The translations under genes and the position numbers were made by a program. This document shows, in pieces, positions 9,333 through 19,306 of a stretch of 64,000 nucleotides of DNA. Source of the DNA: an uncultured Candidatus Peribacteria bacterium (GTDB lineage Bacteria > Patescibacteriota > Gracilibacteria > Peribacterales > Peribacteraceae); NCBI GenBank assembly GCA_964611095.1, contig CAZSWJ010000001.1, forward strand, positions 31,735-95,734. The letters run 5' to 3'. Within the stretch, counting starts at the first letter, position 1, and each line of letters starts with the position of its first letter. The notes below the pieces were generated by a model, which did no database searches, was not told the origin of the DNA, and saw only the letters and a list, made by a program, of their open reading frames with translations.

Positions 9333-10289
9333 ATGGAACTCTTCACGACCATCAGAAACGGCACGACACGGATGACGGACATCGCCCGCCGTCACCAGCT
9401 CCTCACGCTGACGATCGTGGCATTGCTTGCTGCCGCGGGCTCGGCACGGTTCCTCACGGGCCAATTGGTCCCGAGCAACACGAGCGTCACCGCGGGCACG
9501 TCGTCATCCAGGCCCGAAGACCTGCGCGTCTGCGACGACTCGGTGACGATTTTCAAGGACGACCGCACGCTCGAAAAAGCGATGAAACGTTTGAAAGAAC
9601 GCATGTCGGGCATCGTCGATGAACGCGAAAAATTCTTCCGCACGCCGTCGGAGTGGAAGTGCGGACCGAACCAGGAGCCGTCGTTCCCGCAACTTGACCG
9701 ACTCGCCGACGATCTTCCCGGTTGGCACTACCAATTCACGCCGTCGGGCCAACTCGATTCCCCCATCGCCCTCAAGAAGCCCGTCACGTTCGACGCATTC
9801 TCGGCCGTCGCGCTCGAATTGCAACGTGAGTACGAGTGCAAGCTCACCAAGTTCCAGGACGGCGTGATCGGCGAAGTGGGCGTGAACGAAGACGTCAGCG
9901 AGCCCACGCAGTTCTGCTGCCAGACGCAAGGCGGCGAAGACAGTTGCGTCGTGAAAACCCCCGAGACCGTGTGTGCGGGTGCCGCCACGGAAGATCCGCA
10001 ATGCGACGATCAATGCAAAGTCATCCTGTTCACGACCGATTTGACGACGCGTCCCGAGGTCTACCACTTCGAACAAACCGTCGAACGCCAGCGCTCGCGC
10101 CTGGCCTTGGAGCGCACCCTCCAGACGCTGCGTTCGTTCGAGATGAACTACATCGTGGCGCGTCAGCTCATGTGTTACCAGCGCGCGTCCCTGGACCTGA
10201 AGAATGAGCTCAACCTGCTCGCCGACACCACGAGCTGCATTCCGAAAATCTGGAATGCCGTCACGTCCATCCACGATCCCAAGCAATGA
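9333..10289 (+). CDS. N-terminally anchored Cys-rich protein, unknown function
   Basis: ATG 9333 is 5 nt after the upstream stop. TM/signal anchor LLTLTIVALLAAAGSA. Cys clusters such as QFCCQTQGGEDSCVV. Confidence 0.7.
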   Translation: MELFTTIRNGTTRMTDIARRHQLLTLTIVALLAAAGSARFLTGQLVPSNTSVTAGTSSSRPEDLRVCDDSVTIFKDDRTLEKAMKRLKERMSGIVDEREKFFRTPSEWKCGPNQEPSFPQLDRLADDLPGWHYQFTPSGQLDSPIALKKPVTFDAFSAVALELQREYECKLTKFQDGVIGEVGVNEDVSEPTQFCCQTQGGEDSCVVKTPETVCAGAATEDPQCDDQCKVILFTTDLTTRPEVYHFEQTVERQRSRLALERTLQTLRSFEMNYIVARQLMCYQRASLDLKNELNLLADTTSCIPKIWNAVTSIHDPKQ

Positions 10290-12124
10290 AACGCGCCCTT
10301 CTCCTCATCGGCGTTCTTGCCGCGGCGCTTCCCGTCGGTGCGCTCGCGCAACAAGATCCGGGGATTTACGACATGTTCTACGGCGAGGCCGACAGTGCGA
10401 GGTTCAACGCCAAGCCGTCCGAAGATCTGTCCAAGTACCTCATCAAAGAGATGGAGCACTGGCAGACGCGAGGCATTCAGCTGACGTCCGATGATCTTAA
10501 GTCCGCGATCAACGGAAACTTGTGGAACGGCGACGGCACGGGGCTGTGCCAGAACAAAGTCGACATGTCGGGCAAAGCATTCGACTTCGTCGCCGGCGGC
10601 ACGGACGGCGAAAGCTCGTGCATCGTGCTCCAGCAAAACATTCTCGGGCTCCTGCGCTTCGAGCAATCCATCGATCAGCTCGGCAGCGACCTCATCAGCA
10701 TCGCGAACGGCGCGGAGCTCGCCGTGGCCGATGAGCCGCATCGCCCCGTCGACATGGCACGCGTGGCCATGACGCTGCGCCGCGTGTGGATGGGCACGGG
10801 AGCCGCCGTCATTCCGTGGAACGGCGATGCCGATTCCGAAATCGGTGAACTGGAAAATCATTTGAAGTCCGCGGAGAGCAAGGAAAAAATCGTCATGCGA
10901 TTCCGTCACGGGTACTTCCGCGATCAGCGTGAGCAAGATTCGCGCTTCGACGGCATCGGTGACGAGGTGAAAGAAGATCTTAGGAAAATCGCCGAGAAGC
11001 TGCAGATTTCGGGCGATCCGCTCATCGTCGGCATGTTCTCCGTGCCAAAGTTGAAAGTGCCGAATATCGGTTTGTGGGCCCGTAAAGACGACATCGGTTT
11101 GATGTGGGTGTATCCGTCCAAAGTCACGCGCTTCACGTACGAGCCCGCCAAAACCGAGTATCCCAAACTCGTGCAGAACGGCCAATATTTGGCCTACCCC
11201 TTCGCCTACGAAGGGTCGAATCCGCCGAGCGGTGCCGGGATCACATCGCCCGTCTGCAGCCGCATGATGGGACGACAGGGTTACCTGTGTCGCACACTCC
11301 CGCCGCTCAGTGAAAATTGTTCGCGCACGGGGGACGACTCCGCGATTTCGCTCACGAAATGTTCGGAAGGAGAGGAGCAAACGGTGAGCGGGCCTTTGGT
11401 GTGTCCCGGCTTCGACAAGCTGTTCAAGGACACGGGTGTTCCGCTCGCCGACCCCAACAATCCCGGCCGTCTGAACCCCGCGCTGCAGCCCGCCGATACC
11501 CAAGTGCTGTGCAACCCGGAGACGCGCACGCTGTACCAGGACGACATCACGTCGCACGCGTGCTACATCGGCCACTGCCTGGTGCAATCCATGACCAAGG
11601 GCAACACGCTCATCCCGAACAGAAACACCGTCGTCTTGAACGAAGCCACGTCGCCCTACCTCGCGTGCCAGCGCATCGATCCGCAGGTCGGCATCTACAC
11701 CGAAGTCGCCAAGGAAGGCCCGTATCCGCTGCCCGAATACTTGGGGCAGTTCCTGGTGCAAGACTTCGACCGACAGTACTGCGCCAGCAACGGCAACGCG
11801 CCCGAGTCGCTGCCGTCCTTGTGTCGCTTCCTCGACAACCAAACCGCCGCGCTTCCCGACTACGTGCCCCTGTTCCAGGCCATGGCAACGAGCGGCGAAC
11901 AGAGCCGCACCGATCTGCGCCGCATCGCGGTGAACGAGATCGCATCGGCCATCGGCCAGCGCGTGGCGGTGGATCAATCCATCGAAGTGCAGCAGAAAAT
12001 CTTTGCGCGCCTCGCGCACTTCGTGCAGCAGGTCGCCGATCTCGTCCTGGAACTCGACCGAGCTCCGGTCACGCAGACCGCGTGTCCATGGACCGGACCG
12101 TTTGAAACCGTCACGCCGTTTTAG
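10286..12124 (+). CDS. Secreted Cys-rich protein, unknown function
   Basis: 612 aa. ATGA overlap with the upstream stop. Signal MKRALLLIGVLAAALPVGALAQQ. CYIGHC motif at 11561-11578. Confidence 0.8.
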   Translation: MKRALLLIGVLAAALPVGALAQQDPGIYDMFYGEADSARFNAKPSEDLSKYLIKEMEHWQTRGIQLTSDDLKSAINGNLWNGDGTGLCQNKVDMSGKAFDFVAGGTDGESSCIVLQQNILGLLRFEQSIDQLGSDLISIANGAELAVADEPHRPVDMARVAMTLRRVWMGTGAAVIPWNGDADSEIGELENHLKSAESKEKIVMRFRHGYFRDQREQDSRFDGIGDEVKEDLRKIAEKLQISGDPLIVGMFSVPKLKVPNIGLWARKDDIGLMWVYPSKVTRFTYEPAKTEYPKLVQNGQYLAYPFAYEGSNPPSGAGITSPVCSRMMGRQGYLCRTLPPLSENCSRTGDDSAISLTKCSEGEEQTVSGPLVCPGFDKLFKDTGVPLADPNNPGRLNPALQPADTQVLCNPETRTLYQDDITSHACYIGHCLVQSMTKGNTLIPNRNTVVLNEATSPYLACQRIDPQVGIYTEVAKEGPYPLPEYLGQFLVQDFDRQYCASNGNAPESLPSLCRFLDNQTAALPDYVPLFQAMATSGEQSRTDLRRIAVNEIASAIGQRVAVDQSIEVQQKIFARLAHFVQQVADLVLELDRAPVTQTACPWTGPFETVTPF

Positions 12125-12127
12125 CTC

Positions 12128-13768
12128 ATGAAGAAATTTTTCCTCACCCTCGGCATTCTCCTGCTCCCGGCGACCGCCTCGGCGCAAGCGCTCTCGCCGT
12201 GGGTGCAGGGCGTCCTCGATCGTGCCGACGAAGGCATTTCCATGGCCGGAGGACTGGGTCCCGCCATCTGTGACAACGAAACACTTCAGTCCGAAATCAG
12301 TGACAACCGTTCGTTGGCCCGCTCCATGCTCGACGCCACGACGCAGCTCGAACAAGAGTCGCAGCTGCTTGCCGAACGCACGACGTGTTTCGAGTACGAT
12401 CGTGCGTTGCTGCGGCAAAAGCTCGTGCAGATTCAGAACGAAATGAACTCCGCCATCGACGCGTGTCTCATCAACAAGAACCGCATGCTGCGCGTGAACT
12501 ACCAGTTCGTCGCCGAGGCGCTCCAGTCGCTGCTCCGCGGCGGCATCGACCCCACGGTCCGTGACGATCGTCTGCAGTACAAATACGCGTTTCACGACAA
12601 AACTCTTCTCGACCAGCAAATCGATGAACAGATCGTGGAAAACTCCACGGCGCCGCTGTGTCCGTTCACCTCCGATTACGCGCCGCGTTCCGTGGCGTAC
12701 ATTCCGACGGGCGTCGGCAATGCGGCAGCGGCCGGCGATGCGTCGTTTGACGTGCGGAGCTTCGGCTGCGACGTGACCACACTCGGCCGGATCGACATCG
12801 CGCCCGTGGACGCGGAGGCCGCCGTGTTCCGCGATTTCCTGGGCCAAACGCAGGAGTTCGCGCTCACCGTCTACAACACCGTCAGCCAGGCCGTGCGCAA
12901 CATCGATGACACCATCGGCATCATCACCGGCATCAAGAAGCCTCGTCCCGATGCCAGGCCCGGCAGCATTCCGCCGCACGAAACGGTGAGCGGATGCCTA
13001 AAGCCCCTCTCCCCCGACCTCAGCTCCATCGATGCCCAGGGCCTGGAGGACCTGCTCGCCGCATACCCGAACTTTTTCGGCCCCGAAAACCTGCGCAACG
13101 ACGGCAACGGCGGCACGACCTACGATCCCAAACAAGGAGAAACGTTGCCCACGGGACTCCTCTTCCAGGCCAGCTTCGACCGCTTCGGCGTCACGCCGGC
13201 GTCGTACGCGCTCGTCCGCTCGTTCGTGGACCGTCGCGAAGCCCTGGGTTACGACAGACCGCTTCCGGGAGGCATGCAGTCGCCGAACAATGAAAACACG
13301 GTGGACACCACGTTCTTCACCGGCGTCATCAACCCTGTGTTGCTCCAGAACGAACTTCGGAACATTTCGTCCAACATCGAACGCGAGACGGGCATTTTGG
13401 ATGCCATCAACCGCGACGCGGCCCAGCGACTCAAAGATGCGTCCATGCCGTTGGAGCAAGCCGTGCAGAACTTGGTGTACGTCACCGACGATTTCCTGCC
13501 CAAGAAGTACGTGCCGCAGCTGACGTTCTTCATGGCCCGTTCGTGCGTCGACGGCTTCTGCCAAGACACGCTCAAGAACGTCGCGCAGCGCATTCTGAAT
13601 CCATACTGCCACCCGTACGTCTCGGGCAAATACATGGATGAAAAAGCGGCCGACAAATGCTTCTGCACGCCCGAATTCGAGAACGAGGATTACTGCAAAG
13701 GTCAGGTCGATACGAGTGACCAACCCGAGGAGGAGTTGCAGTGCGGCGAGAAGTTCCAGCAACAGTAA
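12128..13768 (+). CDS. Secreted Cys-rich protein, unknown function
   Basis: 546 aa. 3-nt gap from the upstream stop. Signal MKKFFLTLGILLLPATASAQ. Cys-rich C-terminus. Confidence 0.8.
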   Translation: MKKFFLTLGILLLPATASAQALSPWVQGVLDRADEGISMAGGLGPAICDNETLQSEISDNRSLARSMLDATTQLEQESQLLAERTTCFEYDRALLRQKLVQIQNEMNSAIDACLINKNRMLRVNYQFVAEALQSLLRGGIDPTVRDDRLQYKYAFHDKTLLDQQIDEQIVENSTAPLCPFTSDYAPRSVAYIPTGVGNAAAAGDASFDVRSFGCDVTTLGRIDIAPVDAEAAVFRDFLGQTQEFALTVYNTVSQAVRNIDDTIGIITGIKKPRPDARPGSIPPHETVSGCLKPLSPDLSSIDAQGLEDLLAAYPNFFGPENLRNDGNGGTTYDPKQGETLPTGLLFQASFDRFGVTPASYALVRSFVDRREALGYDRPLPGGMQSPNNENTVDTTFFTGVINPVLLQNELRNISSNIERETGILDAINRDAAQRLKDASMPLEQAVQNLVYVTDDFLPKKYVPQLTFFMARSCVDGFCQDTLKNVAQRILNPYCHPYVSGKYMDEKAADKCFCTPEFENEDYCKGQVDTSDQPEEELQCGEKFQQQ

Positions 13769-13804
13769 AAGAGACCCTGTTTCCGGCGTTCTTTCGGTGT
13801 TACC

Positions 13805-16800
13805 TTGGCATCGATGAAGCCCTCCGATTTCGTCCATCTGCACTGCCACAGCACGTTCTCGCTGCTGGAGGGTCTGCCGAGCCCGGAAGAAATCGTGCTC
13901 CGCGCCAAAGAACTCGGCCAAACGGCCGTGGGACTTGCCGACAAGGGTTACACGTACGGACTCATCGACTTCTACAAATCCGCAAAGAGCGCGGGTCTTT
14001 CGCCGATCTTGGGCCTGGAAACGTACGTCGCCGCGCGCACGCGCCACGACAAAGAAAGTTCGTCCGATACGCGCCGGTATCCGCTCGTGCTTTTGGCATC
14101 GAACGAAGAGGGATATTTGAACCTTTTGGAACTCGCCACGCGCGCCGCACTCGAGGGCATGTACTACAAGCCGCGCGTCGACGCCGAGCTGCTCAAGAAA
14201 TTCGGAAAAGGACTCATCGCGCTCACCGGTCCCATCGGCGGCGCCATTCCGCAGGCGGCCATGGCCGAGGACTTCGAGCGCGTGAAGCTCCTCACGGAAC
14301 AGTACCGTTCGTTCTTCGGATCCGAAAATTTGTACTTCGAACTGAACGATCTCCCCAACGTCCCCGGCCAAGCCGAGGTGAACCAACAGCTCATCCGTTT
14401 TGGAAAAGAGCTCGGTGTGCCCGTCGTGGCCACCTGCAACAGTCACTACTGTCGCGCCGAAGATGCCGAGGCCCACGACGTGCTCCTCTGCATTCAGAAG
14501 AACGCCAACGTCGGCGACAGCAGCCGTTTCTCCATGCGCGACAGCGACTTCTCCATGCGCCCGTTCGACGAGATGGAGAAGGCATTCGCACACGTCCCCG
14601 AGGCGCTCGAGAACACGCGCGTCATCGCCGATCGTTGCAAGCTGAAGATTCCGTTCGGTGAGTACCGCATCCCGAAGTTTCCCGTCGCCGCGGGACAAAC
14701 CGAAGAATCGCTCCTCAAGGAGCAGTGTGAAGCGGGCCTGCAGAAGCGCTACGGCGCTCAAATAAAAGGAGACCCCGCGCGCGAGAAAGTCATCCGTGAC
14801 CGCCTGGAGTACGAACTCGGCGTCATCAAGACCATGGGCTTCTCGGGCTACTTCCTCATCGTCGCCGACTTCGTGCAGGAGGCCAAGCGCCGCGGCATCA
14901 CCGTGGGTCCGGGCCGCGGGTCTGCAGCCGGTTCCATCGTGAGTTACGTGCTCGATGTCACCACGCTGGACCCGCTCGAATACGGCCTTCTCTTCGAGCG
15001 ATTCCTCAACCCCGAACGCATCTCCATGCCGGATATCGATATCGACTTCGCCGATACGCGCCGCGACGAAGTGCTGGAGTACGTTCGCCAGAAGTACGGT
15101 GCCGACCGCGTCATCCAGATCTGCACCTTCGGAACGCTGGCCGCTCGTGCCGCCGTGAAAGACGTCGGCCGCGCCTACGGCGTGTCGTTCGCCGAAATGA
15201 ACGCGCTCGCCAAGGTGATTTCCGATCGCCCCGGTACGACGCTCGACGAAGCGCTGGCGACGGATGAACTCAAGGCCGCCATCGAATCCAACGACACGTA
15301 CAAGAAAATTCTGGAAGTCGCGCTCAAGCTCGAAGGCAAAGCGCGCCACGTCTCGGTCCACGCGTGCGGAGTCGTCATCACGCCCGAACCCGCGGTGAAG
15401 TACACGGCGCTCCAGCGCGCTCCCAAGGATGAAGACACCATCATCACGCAGTTCGATGCCAAGCCGCTCGAGGCTCTGGGACTGCTGAAAATGGACTTCC
15501 TGGGCCTCAAGAACCTCACGATCATCCAGACGGCGCTCCTCATCATCGAGCGCATGCACAACGTGAAGATCGACATGAGCACGATTCCGATGAACGACAA
15601 AAAAACGTTCGAGCTTCTGTCGCGAGGCGAGACGACGGGCGTGTTCCAGCTCGAATCCCCGGGCATGCGCCGGTATCTCAAACAACTCAAGCCCACGAAA
15701 TTCGATGACATCACGGCCATGGTGTCTCTGTATCGCCCGGGTCCCATGGATAAAATTCCGGACTACATCAAATGCAAGCACGGTCTCAAAGAAGTCACGT
15801 ATTTGCACCCCGATCTCAAGCCGATTCTGGAGCCGACGTACGGCGTGGGCATCTACCAGGAGCAAATCTTGGAAATGGCCCGCGTGTTCGCCGGATTCTC
15901 GCTCGGAGAAGCCGACTTGCTGCGCCGCGCCATCGGCAAAAAGATCAAGAAAGAGCTCGATGCCCAGCGCGAGAAGTTCATCAAGGGCGCCGTGTCGCGC
16001 GGATACACCGAGAAACTCGCAACGACCCTCTTCGACGACGTCATCACGCCGTTCGCCGGCTACGGTTTCAACAAATCGCACGGAGCCTGTTACGCCCGCA
16101 TCGCCTACGAGACCGCGTATCTCAAGGCGCTCTATCCTACGGAGTTCATGGCGGCTCTCCTGAGCAGCGAGGAGGGCGATACCGATCGCATCTCCATCGA
16201 GATCGAAGAAGCGCGTGCCATGGGCCTCAAGGTGCTTCCTCCGGACATCAACGAGTCACTCGCGAACTTCACGTCGCTCGCCGGCGGCAACATTCGCTTC
16301 GGTTTGCTCGGCGTCAAAGGCGTCGGCGAAAGTTCCATCCGCCAGATCATCGAACTCCGCGAAAAAGAAGGAAAATTCACATCCGTGGAAGACTTTGCGT
16401 CGCGCGTGCCCGCCAAGCTCCTCAATAAAAAACTCCTCGAATCGCTCGCCAAGTCGGGCGCCTTGGACTGCTTCGGCGAACGCGGCGTCCTCGTGGCGCA
16501 GTTCGACAAGATCGCCGAGTACAGCAAGTCGGCCGGCGACGTTGGCGCGTCGCAGACCGACATGTTCGAGTCTCTCGGCAGGGACAGTGCAGGATCGAAG
16601 ATCGAATTCGATCCACAGGATCCCGCGTCGGGATACAAAAAACTGCAGTGGGAAAAAGAGACCTTGGGTCTCTATGTTTCCAGTCATCCCCTTGCCGGTC
16701 TCCGCAAGTACATCAGCAAAAAGGCGCGTCTCATCGACAGTCTTTCGGGCGACGACACGGGCCGAAAAATCACCGTGGCTGGCATCGTGGAACAATCCAA

Positions 16801-17527
16801 AGTCCTGCATACCAAGAAGGGGGAGAGCATGGCCATCGTCACCATCGAAGATCCCACCGGAAAAATGGAAGTGATGTTCTTCCCGCGCACGTACGCGCAA
16901 TTCAAAGAGACGATCGAGAAGCCCGACTCCATCCTCGTCATGGCGGGCACGCTCGACCAGCGCATGGGACTTCCCCAGCTCAAGGCCGAGGCCGTGAAAC
17001 GCGTGTCGCTCGAGACGATGGTGGATCGCGCCAAGGCCGACGGCATGTTCAACGAGGAGGAAGCCCGCGACTGGCGCGGAACCGCTCGCAAAGAAGTCGA
17101 AGAGACGGTGGAAGTGGTCACGGAAGACGGCGATATCGTCGCCGAGCGCATCAAAACCGCAGCTCCTGCCGATGTCACTCTTGCCGCGGAGCCCAAGGTG
17201 CTCGGGCCGCTCGCGGAGTGGATCGGCAAGGGCATGCCCGTTGCGGAACCGCTGACCAAGCTGCATCTCACGGAGTATTCGGTGAGCGATGACGAAAAGC
17301 CCGCCGCACCGCCGGCGATTTCCATTCACACCATCGCCTTGCCCGCTCGCGCGCCCAAACAATTGCTCCTGGAGATCAAAACCATCTTCGAGACGTTCCC
17401 CGGTCGCGAAAAAGTGCAGCTGCAGATCGGAGAAAAAACCGTCCCCGTCGGCATGACGATCACGATGTCACCGCTTTTGGAAAAGCGCGTGGAAGAAGCC
17501 GTCAAAAAATACCCGGCGGAAAAGTAG
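13805..17527 (+). CDS. dnaE: DNA polymerase III alpha subunit
   Basis: 1240 aa. PHP motif FVHLHCHSTFSLLEG, plus PDIDIDF and GYFLIVADF. Start is TTG 13805 or ATG 13814. Confidence 0.95.
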   Translation: MASMKPSDFVHLHCHSTFSLLEGLPSPEEIVLRAKELGQTAVGLADKGYTYGLIDFYKSAKSAGLSPILGLETYVAARTRHDKESSSDTRRYPLVLLASNEEGYLNLLELATRAALEGMYYKPRVDAELLKKFGKGLIALTGPIGGAIPQAAMAEDFERVKLLTEQYRSFFGSENLYFELNDLPNVPGQAEVNQQLIRFGKELGVPVVATCNSHYCRAEDAEAHDVLLCIQKNANVGDSSRFSMRDSDFSMRPFDEMEKAFAHVPEALENTRVIADRCKLKIPFGEYRIPKFPVAAGQTEESLLKEQCEAGLQKRYGAQIKGDPAREKVIRDRLEYELGVIKTMGFSGYFLIVADFVQEAKRRGITVGPGRGSAAGSIVSYVLDVTTLDPLEYGLLFERFLNPERISMPDIDIDFADTRRDEVLEYVRQKYGADRVIQICTFGTLAARAAVKDVGRAYGVSFAEMNALAKVISDRPGTTLDEALATDELKAAIESNDTYKKILEVALKLEGKARHVSVHACGVVITPEPAVKYTALQRAPKDEDTIITQFDAKPLEALGLLKMDFLGLKNLTIIQTALLIIERMHNVKIDMSTIPMNDKKTFELLSRGETTGVFQLESPGMRRYLKQLKPTKFDDITAMVSLYRPGPMDKIPDYIKCKHGLKEVTYLHPDLKPILEPTYGVGIYQEQILEMARVFAGFSLGEADLLRRAIGKKIKKELDAQREKFIKGAVSRGYTEKLATTLFDDVITPFAGYGFNKSHGACYARIAYETAYLKALYPTEFMAALLSSEEGDTDRISIEIEEARAMGLKVLPPDINESLANFTSLAGGNIRFGLLGVKGVGESSIRQIIELREKEGKFTSVEDFASRVPAKLLNKKLLESLAKSGALDCFGERGVLVAQFDKIAEYSKSAGDVGASQTDMFESLGRDSAGSKIEFDPQDPASGYKKLQWEKETLGLYVSSHPLAGLRKYISKKARLIDSLSGDDTGRKITVAGIVEQSKVLHTKKGESMAIVTIEDPTGKMEVMFFPRTYAQFKETIEKPDSILVMAGTLDQRMGLPQLKAEAVKRVSLETMVDRAKADGMFNEEEARDWRGTARKEVEETVEVVTEDGDIVAERIKTAAPADVTLAAEPKVLGPLAEWIGKGMPVAEPLTKLHLTEYSVSDDEKPAAPPAISIHTIALPARAPKQLLLEIKTIFETFPGREKVQLQIGEKTVPVGMTITMSPLLEKRVEEAVKKYPAEK

Positions 17528-17626
17528 TAAGGGATAAGTAGTAAAGTAGTACGTAGTAAGTAGTAAGGGGATACCACATTCATATTGCATGCCACGTATC
17601 CCGTACTACATGCTACTTACTACTTA
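17524..17626. repeat. Low-complexity inverted-repeat hairpin (GTAGTAAG-type arms)
   Basis: The left arm (agtagtaagggataagtagtaaagtagtacgtagtaagtagtaagggga) pairs imperfectly with the right arm (tcccgtactacatgctacttactactt). The left arm is nearly C-free and stop-rich in all frames. It lies between dnaE and tsaC. Confidence 0.7.
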
Positions 17627-17631
17627 ATCGC

Positions 17632-18264
17632 TTGATGCACATCCTCCCCGCCACCACCCATTCGCTCTCCTACGCAGTCGCCGTTCTTCGTGCGGGCGGA
17701 GTCGTGGCTCACCCCACCGAGACGTGTTACGGACTCGCGTGCGATCTCAAAAATCCCGCGGCGCTCAAGAAACTGTTCGATATCAAAGCGCGTCCGTACG
17801 AGCAGCCCGTGAGCGCACTGTTTTCGTCGGTCGATACCGCGAAAGCGTACGTCGAACTTTCTTCGCGAGCCCTGGAATTGGCCGAAAGGCACCTTCCCGG
17901 TCCGCTCACGATCGTCGCACCCATCAAGAAAGATGCCCCCGTCATTTTCGTCACGGTGTCCGATCTACCCGCTACTCGCCAACCGCCACCCGCCAGCGTG
18001 GGCGTTCGCATCTCGTCGCATCCGTTCGCACAGGCTCTCGCCGAAAGCTTCGGCTCGCCCATCGCCACGACGTCGGCGAATCTGCACGGCAAACCGAATC
18101 CGTATTCGTCGTCCGACATCGCGGAACAACTCAAGGATCACTCACCGGTGCCCGACCTTATTCTTGATGGCGGTACTTTGCCCGAAGCTCCTCCGTCGAC
18201 GGTTGTCTCCGTTTCGGGACCAGATCTTCGCGTGCTTCGTCAGGGCGATCTAAAAATTCTTTGA
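17632..18264 (+). CDS. tsaC: L-threonylcarbamoyladenylate synthase (YrdC/Sua5 family)
   Basis: 210 aa. HPTETCYGLACD and SANLHGKP motifs of the YrdC domain. Start is TTG 17632 or ATG 17635. Confidence 0.85.
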   Translation: MMHILPATTHSLSYAVAVLRAGGVVAHPTETCYGLACDLKNPAALKKLFDIKARPYEQPVSALFSSVDTAKAYVELSSRALELAERHLPGPLTIVAPIKKDAPVIFVTVSDLPATRQPPPASVGVRISSHPFAQALAESFGSPIATTSANLHGKPNPYSSSDIAEQLKDHSPVPDLILDGGTLPEAPPSTVVSVSGPDLRVLRQGDLKIL

Positions 18265-18748
18265 AATCCACCGCTTCGGTTTTTCCGCCCAGTCGCTGCA
18301 CTTCTTCGGCGAGTTCCACATTCTGCTGACGCAAGAATTCGATATAGATGCGCTGCGCATCGAGGGCTTCCTTCTGTTCATCAATCGAATTACGCAAGTC
18401 CTGCATGCTGTTTGGGGTCGCGCTGATGGAAGGGTTCGTCGATCCTTGCCTATCCTTCGGGCCGACTCGGTAATCTTTCGGACTCAGTTTTTCCAGAATT
18501 TTTTCATGGAACAGGCCCGCGATGGCGAGAACTGCGATCGCCGTGATGGCGACGATCCGCGTGCTGTTCTTTTTCTCGCGTTCCTGCGTCGCTTGCGCCG
18601 TCATCGCATCGTGATCGAGGTACAGGGGACGAGGCAAGAACTCCGCCTCGGGATTGGTGCGACCTTCTTTTCTGGCGTCGGCAAAATACTGTTCCAGCCG
18701 ATTCGTAGGCTTCCATTTGTCGGCGCCGGAGGGTCCGAAAAGTCCCAT
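18158..18748 (-). CDS. Hypothetical membrane / coiled-coil protein (start uncertain)
   Basis: The ORF is open to 19000, but that would overlap the nrdR 5' end. ATG 18748 is the first start clear of nrdR; TTG 18865 and ATG 18892 are alternatives. It has a TM helix IVAITAIAVLAIAGLF and a C-terminal coiled coil. The 3' end overlaps tsaC by 107 nt. Confidence 0.5.
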   Translation of the reverse strand: MGLFGPSGADKWKPTNRLEQYFADARKEGRTNPEAEFLPRPLYLDHDAMTAQATQEREKKNSTRIVAITAIAVLAIAGLFHEKILEKLSPKDYRVGPKDRQGSTNPSISATPNSMQDLRNSIDEQKEALDAQRIYIEFLRQQNVELAEEVQRLGGKTEAVDFKEFLDRPDEAREDLVPKRRQPSTEELRAKYRHQE

Positions 18749-18851
18749 AGCGCGGCAGAGTACCTGAATGGCGCCAAGGATCAAGAAAACGGCGGTATAA
18801 AGCCCTTGGAACCATTTCGCGAAGCCTCGGAACGCTGTATCCTGATCGCCA

Positions 18852-19298
18852 ATGTATTGCCCCAAGTGCCGCAAAGACGATACCGCGGTCATCGACTCTC
18901 GGCTGACGGAAGAAGGTCGCGCCATCCGGCGTCGCCGCGAATGCGCGAAGTGCGGGCATCGCTTCACCACGTTCGAACGCCAGGAACTCGCGTCGCTCAT
19001 CGTCGTGAAACGTGACGGTACGCGTGAGCCCTACAGCCGCACCAAACTCGAGCGCGGTATTTGGCTTGCGTGCACCAAGCGTCCGGTGTCCCAGAAAGAC
19101 ATCGATTCCATGCTCTCGGACCTCGAAGAAAAATGGGGCAAGAACAAAGAGGAAGTGGAGAGCACGACCATCGGCAAAGACGTCATGCAGGCGCTCCACA
19201 AGCTCGATAAAGTCGCCTACATTCGCTTCGCTTCCATTCACCGCGAATTCAAAGACGTGGAAGAGTTCAAGCAGGAGCTGGGGAGGTTGTTCAAGTAG
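18852..19298 (+). CDS. nrdR: Transcriptional repressor NrdR
   Basis: 148 aa. Zinc ribbon MYCPKC...CAKCGHRFTTFE followed by an ATP-cone. Confidence 0.95.
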   Translation: MYCPKCRKDDTAVIDSRLTEEGRAIRRRRECAKCGHRFTTFERQELASLIVVKRDGTREPYSRTKLERGIWLACTKRPVSQKDIDSMLSDLEEKWGKNKEEVESTTIGKDVMQALHKLDKVAYIRFASIHREFKDVEEFKQELGRLFK

Positions 19299-19306
19299 GA
19301 CTTTTT

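Noticed and set aside
10175-16081. 934-aa and 1027-aa minus-strand ORFs opposite the secreted-protein genes and dnaE
   Set aside because: They are antisense to a DnaE recognised with high confidence and to signal-peptide ORFs. They show the same Arg/His-rich shadow composition.
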